A stretch of DNA of 64,000 bases from an uncultured Actinomycetota bacterium (GTDB lineage: Bacteria; Actinomycetota; Actinomycetes; JAHEKZ01), in NCBI GenBank assembly GCA_963829525.1, contig CAWHIJ010000003.1, positions 1,600,001 through 1,664,000 on the forward strand. Direction: 5' to 3'. Each line of letters opens with the position of its first letter. Positions within the stretch are counted from its first letter, which is position 1. The translations under genes were made by a program, and so were the position numbers. This document shows, one piece after another, positions 32,052 to 40,578 of the stretch. The notes beneath the pieces are model-generated. The model saw only the letters and a list, made by a program, of their open reading frames with translations. It was not told where the DNA came from and made no database searches.

Positions 32052-33344
32052 CGAGGGTTTTGACCCCGGATAGCTCAGGCGGTCCCGCTCGGGGGGAACG
32101 AGGCACCATCGTCGTCCGATGAGACTGAACTCCCATCCGCCATCGTGAACTTTGCGATGGTGGGTGCGACAGAGCAGCACCAGGTTGTCGAGAGCCGTGC
32201 GGCCGCCTTCTGCCCAGTGCACCACATGGTGGGCTTCGGTCCAGGCCGATGGTCGGTCGCAGCCCTCAGCGACACATCCGCGATCGCGCACGATCAAAGC
32301 TTGCCGGAGGTGTCCGGGCACCGTCCGGGTCGATCGCCCTACGTCGAGTGGCTGCGAGGAAGGGTCGAGGACCACCCGGGTTACCTCGGCGTCGCAGGCG
32401 AGTCGGCGCACCGCCTCGTCGGTGACCGGTCCGGTCCAGGCCATCTCCGCGACCTCAACAGGCCCCGAGCTCTCGCCGCCGCGGCCGGTAATGGCCACGA
32501 GCGGCGTCGTAACGAGCAGATGAGGCCGCACTCCACCTGAGGCCCTCGGTTGACCTGTGTCGAGGGCATAGCCGCACAGGTCGACCAAGGCATCGGCGCG
32601 GCGCTGCCCTGCGCTACGAAGGTCATCTGGTCCGTGGGGGGAAGCCGAAGACGCGAGAGCCGTCAGCAGCACTGCCCCGGCTTCTGCGTCGAGCAGACCA
32701 TCGATGCTCACCATTCCGTCCAGCGTTGTCGAAGTGGAGAGCCACCGTCGCTCATGAGCCCGATTGGCATCGGTCAGCGCCCCGTCAGGGTCGACCACCT
32801 GCCGAACTCTGGTGGCAAATCCGGTGAGAGACCCGGCATCGACGGCACGACCGACCTCAAGCATGACCTTCTCGACCTCCGCAACAGCGGCGCCTTCCTC
32901 AGCGGGTCCTACGCGGTCGCGCACCAGACGGACGGTCCGAGCGATGGTGCGGGCGTGCTGCACGGTGATCTCGCCGTTTCCGAGCGCCGTCTCGGTAGCG
33001 GCTAGAGATGAGTGCAGCTCGCGAGACGTTCGCACCAGGTCGGAAGCATGGCCAGAGGGCAGTCCCGTGTGATGGCGCAGCCAAGACGCAGTACTACTGC
33101 CTGACTCCAGCGCTGCCACCCCGTTCGCGTCGACGCGAGCCAGCCGGGTCAAGGCCATTGCCTGCAGTCGGTTGACGGCGGCGAAGAGAGTGATCACCTC
33201 GTCGGCCAGCATTCGGACCGGAGCGGTTTCGGTCTCGAGGGCGAAGGTGGCATCGACTGCTTCGGTGAGAGCGGTCAACCGCGGTGTGCTCGGCGTCGAA
33301 CGGGGACGGAGGCCCTGGGGGCCGACTGGTAGGCGCTGGTGCAT
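31980..33344 (-). CDS. DUF222 domain / HNH endonuclease (13E12-repeat family), second paralog
   Basis: QRRADAL, RRLACDA, PLDVGR, RDRGC...C...EAHH..HW..GG.T..DNLVLLCRTHH.KVH; start ATG 33344 (SD GGGAG) or up to 33434; true stop may be 32075. Confidence 0.9.
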   Translation of the reverse strand: MHQRLPVGPQGLRPRSTPSTPRLTALTEAVDATFALETETAPVRMLADEVITLFAAVNRLQAMALTRLARVDANGVAALESGSSTASWLRHHTGLPSGHASDLVRTSRELHSSLAATETALGNGEITVQHARTIARTVRLVRDRVGPAEEGAAVAEVEKVMLEVGRAVDAGSLTGFATRVRQVVDPDGALTDANRAHERRWLSTSTTLDGMVSIDGLLDAEAGAVLLTALASSASPHGPDDLRSAGQRRADALVDLCGYALDTGQPRASGGVRPHLLVTTPLVAITGRGGESSGPVEVAEMAWTGPVTDEAVRRLACDAEVTRVVLDPSSQPLDVGRSTRTVPGHLRQALIVRDRGCVAEGCDRPSAWTEAHHVVHWAEGGRTALDNLVLLCRTHHRKVHDGGWEFSLIGRRWCLVPPERDRLSYPGSKPSLPDSGADPRTDEIGDSSGGTAEQ

Positions 33345-33498
33345 CAGGTGCTCCCGAGAGAAGTGGTGTCCGCGAGCCAGGCGCTCGGGGAGTGCGCTCA
33401 CCGTGTCTCGACATCTCTCGCGGGGTGGCGCCAATGCAGTGTCTCTCCGGGAGATTTTTGGTCGGGGAGATCGTCAGCAAGTGCGCACCTCTTCATCG

Positions 33499-33527
33499 AG
33501 GGTATCGAACAAATGTTCGAATGACAA
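33499..33527 (-). promoter_or_regulatory. SigA-type promoter (TTGTCA-17-TACCCT) with a LexA SOS box in the spacer
   Basis: TCGAACAAATGTTCGA at 33505-33520 equals the TCGAAC-N4-GTTCGA consensus. Confidence 0.85.
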
Positions 33528-33590
33528 GAATGGCGCTGGTGAGCGTCTGTCGCGTCAAACGTGCCCCAGGTGCTCGGTAGGGTCGTGCCC

Positions 33591-35069
33591 ATGCGCCGTG
33601 CCAAGATCATCGCCACTCTCGGACCGGCCTCCAGCACGCTGGGCACGGTGACGGCCTTGGTCGAGGCCGGCCTCGATGTGGCCAGGATCAATCTCAGCCA
33701 CGGCACCCACGCAGACCATGCTCGTTCGTTAGCGCTGGTTCGGCAGGCGTCTTCGGCCTGTGGACGCGCGGTCGGCGTCTTGGCTGACTTGCAGGGCCCC
33801 AAGATCCGGCTGGGCCGGTTCGCGAGCGGCTCGGTGCTTCTGCGTCCTGGCGCCCGCTTCGTGATCACCGCTGAGGAAGTTCCCGGGGACCAGGAGGTCG
33901 TCTCGACGACGCACCTTGGTCTGGCCAACGACGTGACGGTCGGTGACCCGATCCTCGTCGATGACGGTCGCGTTCTCTTGCGTGTCGAGGAGGTCAGCGG
34001 GGTGGCCGTCGCCACTCGGGTGGTTGAGGGCGGGACGCTGTCGGACTCGAAGGGCATCAATCTCCCTGGGGCCATGGTGAGTGTTCCGGCTGTGTCGGAC
34101 AAGGACATCGATGACCTCCGCTGGGCCTTGACCAACGGAGTCGATCTCGTGGCGCTCTCCTTCGTGCGGACCGCGGGCGATGTTGATCCCGTGCACGCCG
34201 TCATGGACGACGAGGGCATCCATCGTCCCGTCATCGCCAAGATCGAGAAGCCACAGGCGGTGACGCATCTTCCGGAGATCCTCGACACCTTCGACGGCAT
34301 CATGGTCGCCCGCGGAGATCTCGGGGTCGAGCTGCCGTTGGAGCAGGTGCCGCTGGTGCAGAAGCGGGCGGTCAGCCTGGCACGGGAAAAGGGAAAGCCG
34401 GTGATCGTGGCCACGCAGATGCTGGAGTCGATGATCAGCGCGTCCCGGCCCACTCGCGCGGAAGCCTCAGACGTCGCAAACGCGATTCTCGATGGGGCTG
34501 ACGCCGTCATGCTCTCTGGTGAGACGAGCATCGGAAGGTTTCCGGTCGAGTCGGTCCTCACGATGGGGCGAATCATCGAGTCGATCGAAGACACCGCGCT
34601 CGACCGGATCCCGAGGATTGAGGGCCTACCCACGAACAAGGGTGACGCGATCTGTCGTGCGGCCGTCCACGTCGCCAACCAGCTGAGTGCGAAGTTCCTC
34701 GTTGCCTTCACCGAGACCGGCCGCACGCCGACGGTCCTCGCTCGGTACCGGTCGTCGGTGCCCTTGCTCGCGTTTACCCCCGATCCTCAGGTGCGCAGCC
34801 AGCTCTCGCTGACCTGGGGGGTGGAGAGCTTCCTCGTCGATCCGGTGACGCATACCGACCACATGGTCCGTCAGGTCGAGGCCAAGCTGCTCGAACTCAA
34901 TCGATGCATCGTCGGCGACCTCATTACGATCGTCGCCGGGAGTCCCCCCGGAATCCCAGGTTCGACCAATGCCATGCGAGTGCACCGCATCGGTGACGCC
35001 GCTGGCGGAGCAGCACCTGCCTACGCCGAGGCGCTCGACGATGACGACGCGATCGGTTACCCCCGCTGA
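33591..35069 (+). CDS. pyk: Pyruvate kinase
   Basis: RRAKIIATLGP, DLQGPKIR, IAKIE, MVARGDLGVE, ATQMLESM, DAVMLSGET; -10 TAGGGT 7 nt before ATG. Confidence 0.98.
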   Translation: MRRAKIIATLGPASSTLGTVTALVEAGLDVARINLSHGTHADHARSLALVRQASSACGRAVGVLADLQGPKIRLGRFASGSVLLRPGARFVITAEEVPGDQEVVSTTHLGLANDVTVGDPILVDDGRVLLRVEEVSGVAVATRVVEGGTLSDSKGINLPGAMVSVPAVSDKDIDDLRWALTNGVDLVALSFVRTAGDVDPVHAVMDDEGIHRPVIAKIEKPQAVTHLPEILDTFDGIMVARGDLGVELPLEQVPLVQKRAVSLAREKGKPVIVATQMLESMISASRPTRAEASDVANAILDGADAVMLSGETSIGRFPVESVLTMGRIIESIEDTALDRIPRIEGLPTNKGDAICRAAVHVANQLSAKFLVAFTETGRTPTVLARYRSSVPLLAFTPDPQVRSQLSLTWGVESFLVDPVTHTDHMVRQVEAKLLELNRCIVGDLITIVAGSPPGIPGSTNAMRVHRIGDAAGGAAPAYAEALDDDDAIGYPR

Positions 35070-35080
35070 GCTAGCGGCGG

Positions 35081-35572
35081 CTAGTCCAACGGCAGGGCTC
35101 GACGGGCTTCCGGGTTCAACACGCCCCAGGTGATCAGCTGCTCAGTGAGCGCGCCGGGGGACTGGTCGTAGATGACGGCAAGGGTGCGAAGGTCTTCTTG
35201 TCGAATCGACAGGATGCGCCCGTTGTAGTCGCCGCGCTGGCTCTGGATGGTCTGTGCATATCGAGCGAGGGGCCCAGCTTTCTCAGCCGGAACCTGGTTG
35301 AGCTGCTCGAGGTCGATCACCAGACGCGGAGGCGGCTCCGTCGCTGCTGCCGGACTGCTGTCTGGCAGCAGCTCGCTGACGGGCACTCCGTAGAAATCGG
35401 CGAGCTCAGCCAGCTTCTGCACGGTGACGGCTCGGTCGCCCCGCTCGTAAGAGCCAACGACAACCGCTTTCCACCGCTCGTTCGACTTCTCCTCCACCCC
35501 ATGGAGCGAGAGTCCTTGTTGGGTACGGATCGCTCGGAGTCGTGCTCCGAGCGCCTTTGCGTAGTCGGTCAC
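35081..35572 (-). CDS. bldD: Transcriptional regulator BldD (c-di-GMP binding)
   Basis: YAKALGARLRAIRTQQGLSLHGVEEKS..WKAVVVGSYERGDRAVTV; RGD-X8-RQED motif; divergent from pyrR. Confidence 0.95.
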   Translation of the reverse strand: MTDYAKALGARLRAIRTQQGLSLHGVEEKSNERWKAVVVGSYERGDRAVTVQKLAELADFYGVPVSELLPDSSPAAATEPPPRLVIDLEQLNQVPAEKAGPLARYAQTIQSQRGDYNGRILSIRQEDLRTLAVIYDQSPGALTEQLITWGVLNPEARRALPLD

Positions 35573-35705
35573 TGCGCACCTTTCGTCTAGGCCCGACCGA
35601 GGTCGGGCGTCCCCCCGGGTACCTGGATCGAGGTAAGGCGGTAAGGCCTTAGGTCTCGAACTCCGGTCACCCCTGCTGTGCGTATGGCCTCCTGCGCCCC
35701 GAACG

Positions 35706-35749
35706 CGTGGTGGTCACGCTGAGTAGCGTTACTCAGCGTGACCACCACG
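35706..35749. promoter_or_regulatory. Perfect 20-bp inverted repeat containing two adjacent BldD boxes over the bldD promoter
   Basis: CGTGGTGGTCACGCTGAGTA-gcgt-TACTCAGCGTGACCACCACG; boxes at 35713-35727 and 35728-35742; minus-strand TTGACG at 35748-35753. Confidence 0.82.
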
Positions 35750-35960
35750 TCAAGGGAAACGCGGCAATCTGTCCCGAATCGGCCTCAGATTCGCCCGAAT
35801 GGCCATTCAGGATGTGTTGCTCAGCGTGGCCCTGTCGACCGTACTGCGACGGTGCCAAAGGAGTGACGGCCACCGCAACCAGGAGGCCGACCACGCTCGG
35901 TAGTCGGGGTACGGGCCTACGGCCTGCCGGCTCGCTTCGCTAGGGTGAAGGAGTTCGACA

Positions 35961-35995
35961 TCCTTTAAGTCCGTCCAGTGAGGCGGGAAAGGAGG
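35961..35995 (+). promoter_or_regulatory. PyrR binding loop overlapping the pyrR SD
   Basis: CCTTTAA..GTCCAGTGAGGC..AAAGGAGG; -10 TAGGGT at 35941. Confidence 0.85.
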
Positions 35996-36001
35996 TTCGC
36001 C

Positions 36002-36595
36002 ATGGCTCGGTCAGACTCAGCGGCCGAGGACCGCGAGGTCCTCGACGCAGAAGATGTCCAGCGTGCGCTGACCCGTATCGCCCACGAAGTGCTCGAGCGC
36101 AACAAAGGCGCCCAGTCGGTGGTTCTTCTCGGCATCCCCACTCGTGGTGTGCCGTTGGCCGAACGGTTGGCTGAGCGGATCAGTGAGGTCGAGGGCAGCC
36201 AGGTCCCCTTCGGGTCGCTCGACATCACAATGTTTCGAGACGACCTGCGTCTGCGCCCCGCGCGCGGTCTCGGGCGCACTGAACTCCCTGCCGGTGGAAT
36301 CGACGACGCCGTCGTCGTCCTAGTCGACGATGTGTTGTTCTCGGGCCGCTCGATCCGTGCGGCGCTCGACGCCCTGGGCGAGCTGGGCCGTCCCCGATGC
36401 GTGCAGTTGGCTGTGCTCGTCGATCGCGGCCACCGGCAGTTCCCGATCCGCGCGGACTACGTCGGGAAGAACCTGCCGACATCCACTCGCGAGACGGTGC
36501 GCGTCCTTGTTGCAGAGGTCGATGGCCAAGACGCGGTCCTCATCGGAGGCTCTGAACCTCGCTCCATCGAAACTGATGGCGAGACCTCGTCATGA
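36002..36595 (+). CDS. pyrR: Pyrimidine regulatory protein / UPRTase
   Basis: [40 protein letters not shown]. Confidence 0.97.
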   Translation: MARSDSAAEDREVLDAEDVQRALTRIAHEVLERNKGAQSVVLLGIPTRGVPLAERLAERISEVEGSQVPFGSLDITMFRDDLRLRPARGLGRTELPAGGIDDAVVVLVDDVLFSGRSIRAALDALGELGRPRCVQLAVLVDRGHRQFPIRADYVGKNLPTSTRETVRVLVAEVDGQDAVLIGGSEPRSIETDGETSS

Positions 36596-37535
36596 CCAGG
36601 CACCTACTCTCCGCTGCTGACCTCTCTTTCGGTGATGCAACGCTGATCCTGGACACCGCAGACGAGCTCGCGCGGCTGTCCGACCGACCCGTCAAGAAGC
36701 TCCCGACCCTGCGGGGTCGAACAGTCGTCAACCTCTTCTTCGAGGACTCCACCCGAACCAGGATTTCCTTCGAGGCGGCTGCCAAGCGGCTTTCGGCAGA
36801 CGTCATCAACTTCAGCGCCAAAGGCTCGAGCGTCTCCAAAGGTGAGAGCCTGAAGGACACCGCGCTGACGCTGGAGGCAATGGGTGCCGACGCCGTGGTC
36901 ATTCGACACGGAGCCAGTGGTGCCCCTCATACCCTGGCCCACTCAGGCTGGATCGGTGGGTCGATCGTCAACGCCGGTGACGGTACCCACGAGCACCCGA
37001 CCCAAGCTCTTCTGGACGCCTTCACGATGCGCAAGCACCTCACGACGCTCGAGGGGCGGAAGGTGGTGGTGGTCGGCGACGTCCTGCACAGTCGAGTGGC
37101 TCGCTCCAACGTCCTCCTCCTGGCCACCCTCGGAGCCGACGTCACCCTCGTAGCGCCGCCGACCCTGCTGCCCGGTAGGGATCGACTCCTGGCCTTGCGC
37201 TTACTCGTACGACCTCGATAGCCAGCCTCGCCGGCGCCGACGCGGTGATGATGTTGCGCGTCCAGCAGGAGCGAATGAACGCCGCGTTCTTCCCGAGTGT
37301 GCGCGAGTACTCCCGGCGCTACGGGCTCGATGGTGACCGGATGGCGCGGCTTCCCGATCACTCGATCGTCATGCACCCGGGCCCGATGAACCGTGGTCTG
37401 GAGATCACCGCGGAGGTCGCCGACTCCGAGCGGGCCGTCATCGTCGAACAGGTAACGAACGGAGTCAGTGTGCGCATGGCGGTGCTCTATCTGTTGCTCG
37501 GTGGCAGCGACTCAGCGCTGGGCGGTGCCGAATGA
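36592..37535 (+). CDS. pyrB: Aspartate carbamoyltransferase (frameshifts at about 37175-37240)
   Basis: [39 protein letters not shown]. Confidence 0.96.
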
Positions 37536-38849
37536 GCGCGAGCGCGCCAGCACGGCGCTACCTGATCAAGGGTGCCAGCATTCTTGGTGGTGAGAGCCAG
37601 GACCTGCTGCTCGCCGACGGTCGTCATCGCTGCCGTCGGCGCTGACGCCGGCGATGGGCGCTGACGGCGGCACCGAGATCATGGACGCCTTCGGGCTGGT
37701 GGCGCTGCCTGGCTTGGTCGACCTCCACACGCATTGCGCGAACCCGGGCGAGAGGACGCTGAGACCGTAGCGTCCGGCTCTGCCGCTGCTGCCGTCGGCG
37801 GGTTCACCGCCGTGCATGCGATGGCCAATACCGACCCCGTGGCGGACACCGCTGGGGTTGTCGAGCAGGTCTGGCACCTCGGTCGACGTGCTGGGCTCTG
37901 CGATGTCCACCCGGTGGGGGCGGTCACTGTCGGCCTGGGTGGAAGCGAGCTCGCCGAACTCGGTGCAATGGCTGAGTCCGCTGCCCGAGTGCGGATCTTC
38001 TCCGACGACGGCAAGTGCGTCTCAGATGCAGTGCTCATGAGACGAGCACTGGAGTACGTCAAAGCTTTCGACGGTGTGGTAGCCCAGCATGCGCAGGAGC
38101 CTCGGTTGACCGAAGGCGCGCAGATGAACGAAGGCACGGTATCGGGAGTTCTCGGGTTGCGCGGCTGGCCGGCTGTAGCCGAGGAGTCGATCATTGCGCG
38201 AGATGTGTTGTTGACCGGCCACGTCGGCTCACGGCTGCATGTCTGTCACGTCTCGACCGCCGGGTCTGTCGAGATTCTCCGGTGGGCTAAGGGCAAAGGA
38301 ATCGACGTAACTGCGGAGGTCACCCCTCACCACCTTTTCTTGACCGACGAGATGGTCCGCAGCTACGACCCGCGTTACAAGGTCAACCCGCCATTGCGGA
38401 CGCAGGACGACGTGGACGCAGTTCGTCAAGGGTTGGCCGATGGAACGATCGACGCGGTTGCCACCGACCACGCACCTCACAGCCTGGAGGACAAGGACTG
38501 CGAGTGGGCAGCGGCGGCAATGGGCATGGTCGGCCTGGAGACGGCTGTTGGCGTAGTGGCGAGCGCCATGGTCGAGACCGGCCTGCTCGACTGGGCGGGG
38601 GTGGCCGACCGAATGTCGTTTCGGCCCGCGCAGATCGGAAGGCTCAAGGGGCAGGGGCGCCCGATCGCAGCAGGCGAGCCGGCCAACCTTGTCCTCATCG
38701 ACTCGGCGACGAGATACACGGTGGATCCGACCACGATGCTCTCGCGCAGCCGCAACACGCCATACGCCGGCGCCGAACTGGCTGCGCGTCCAGTCGCGAC
38801 CTTCCTGCGCGGCCGGCTCACTGCTCGCGAAGGTGAGGTGGAGGCGTGA
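37532..38849 (+). CDS. pyrC: Dihydroorotase (frameshifts near the 5' end)
   Basis: [39 protein letters not shown]. Confidence 0.95.
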
Positions 38850-39466
38850 CACGGGTCTGCCTCGTTCTCGCATCGGCGCAGGTCACCGACTGGCCCGAGC
38901 GCATCGGCCTCACCTTGGGTGTCGTTGCATTGATTGGCGCGGTGCTGGGCCTCATGCGGTGGGGTTGGGTGCGGCGGGGGAGACGCCAGATCGACATCGG
39001 TCCATTGCCTGAAGCTCCACAGGTCCCGGGCGCCTCAGCGGGGGAAACAGCCGGTTCAGCCGTCGAGGTGACGGCGTTACGGCCCGCTACCTGGGGGCGA
39101 CCCGCTCGGGCGACTGGCTCGACCGGATCGTCGTGCACGGGCTGGGGGTCCCTAGCGCCGCTGAGGTCACGGTGAGGAATCAGGGGGTGTGGATCATCCG
39201 TGCGGGCGCTCCCGACATCTTTGCGGCTGCCCCGAGATATCGTCGGCGTCCGTCACGATCGCGGGATCGCCGGGCGTGTGTTGGAGACTGATGGTGTCTT
39301 GGTCATCAGCTGGCGCCATGGGGAGCAAGTCATTGATCTTGGCCTCCGCGTGCGCGATGCCCGTACGGCAGAGGCAGTGCGCGCCGCGGTCGACGGCATC
39401 GCCACCGACCAGTCACCGCCCATCGATCCAGCCCTTTCGACCACCACGTCCGGAGACCCTGCGTGA
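38846..39466 (+). CDS. Conserved membrane protein between pyrC and carA (frameshifted)
   Basis: TM then M.WGW.RR.RRQ; WLDRIVVHGLG in another frame; typical actinobacterial position. Confidence 0.7.
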
Positions 39467-40578
39467 CTGCAACCCTGCCAGCACTGCTCGTCCTCGAAGA
39501 TGGCCGCGTGTTTCGCGGCGAGTCCTTCGGCGCAACGGGTGAAACCTTCGGCGAAGCTGTCTTCTGCACGGCGATGACTGGCTACCAAGAGACGCTCACC
39601 GACCCGTCCTACCACCACCAGGTGGTGATCCAGACCGCTCCACAGATCGGCAACACCGGCGTCAACGGTGAGGACGACGAGTCGACGGCGATGTGGGTCA
39701 GTGGCTACGTCGTGCGTGACCCCACTCGTGTCCGGTCGAGCTGGCGCTCGACCGGTTCGTTGAATGAACGTCTGGCGGCACAAGACATCGTTGGGATTTC
39801 GGGCATCGACACTCGTGCCCTCACCCGCCACCTCCGCGAACAGGGAGCCATGCGGGTGGGGATCTCCACCGAGACCGATGATCCAGAGCTGCTGCTTGCG
39901 CGGGTGCGGCAGAGCCCGAACATGGCAGGAGCGGACCTGACGGCAGCGGTCAGCACGTCGGAGGCTTACCTCGTCCCCGCTGTCGGTGAACGGCGTCGCA
40001 CCGTGGCAGCAATCGACCTCGGAATAAAGGCCATGACCCCGAAGCTGATGGCAGAGCGCGGGATCGAGGTCCACGTGCTCCCCGCGTCCAGCTCCATCGA
40101 TGACGTGCTAGCCGTCGGGGTCGATGGTGTCTTCTTCAGCAACGGTCCTGGTGACCCTTCCACCGCAGACGGACCGGTTGCCTTGATGCAGCAGCTGCTG
40201 GAGCGAGCGATCCCAGTGTTCGGAATCTGTTTCGGTCACCAGATCCTTGGCAGGGCCGTTGGTTTCGGCACCTACAAGCTGAAGTACGGGCACCGCGGCG
40301 TCAACCAACCGGTGCAGGACCGAAAAACAGGTCGTGTCGAGATCAGTGCTCACAACCACGGCTTCGCGGTAGCTGCTCCTCTGGACGGGCCAACAGCAAC
40401 TCCTTTCGGTCGCGCTGAGGTGAGCCACGTGTGTCTCAACGACAACGTCGTGGAGGGACTGCGCCTGTTGGACGTTCCGGCATTCAGCGTCCAGTACCAC
40501 CCGGAGGCCGCGGCCGGACCTCATGACTCGGCATACCTGTTCGATCGGTTCGTCACGATGATGCAGGGAGATCGCTGA
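39463..40578 (+). CDS. carA: Carbamoyl-phosphate synthase small chain
   Basis: [34 protein letters not shown]. Confidence 0.98.
   Translation: MTATLPALLVLEDGRVFRGESFGATGETFGEAVFCTAMTGYQETLTDPSYHHQVVIQTAPQIGNTGVNGEDDESTAMWVSGYVVRDPTRVRSSWRSTGSLNERLAAQDIVGISGIDTRALTRHLREQGAMRVGISTETDDPELLLARVRQSPNMAGADLTAAVSTSEAYLVPAVGERRRTVAAIDLGIKAMTPKLMAERGIEVHVLPASSSIDDVLAVGVDGVFFSNGPGDPSTADGPVALMQQLLERAIPVFGICFGHQILGRAVGFGTYKLKYGHRGVNQPVQDRKTGRVEISAHNHGFAVAAPLDGPTATPFGRAEVSHVCLNDNVVEGLRLLDVPAFSVQYHPEAAAGPHDSAYLFDRFVTMMQGDR

Noticed and set aside
31980-32075. 72-bp convergent overlap between the HNH gene and VIT1
   Set aside because: One fewer G in the G6 run at 32091-32096 would end the gene at 32075 with no overlap; probably an indel
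35591-35608. GCCCGACC-GA-GGTCGGGC hairpin in the bldD leader
   Set aside because: An 8-bp GC stem is common at this GC content; no U-tract or other support
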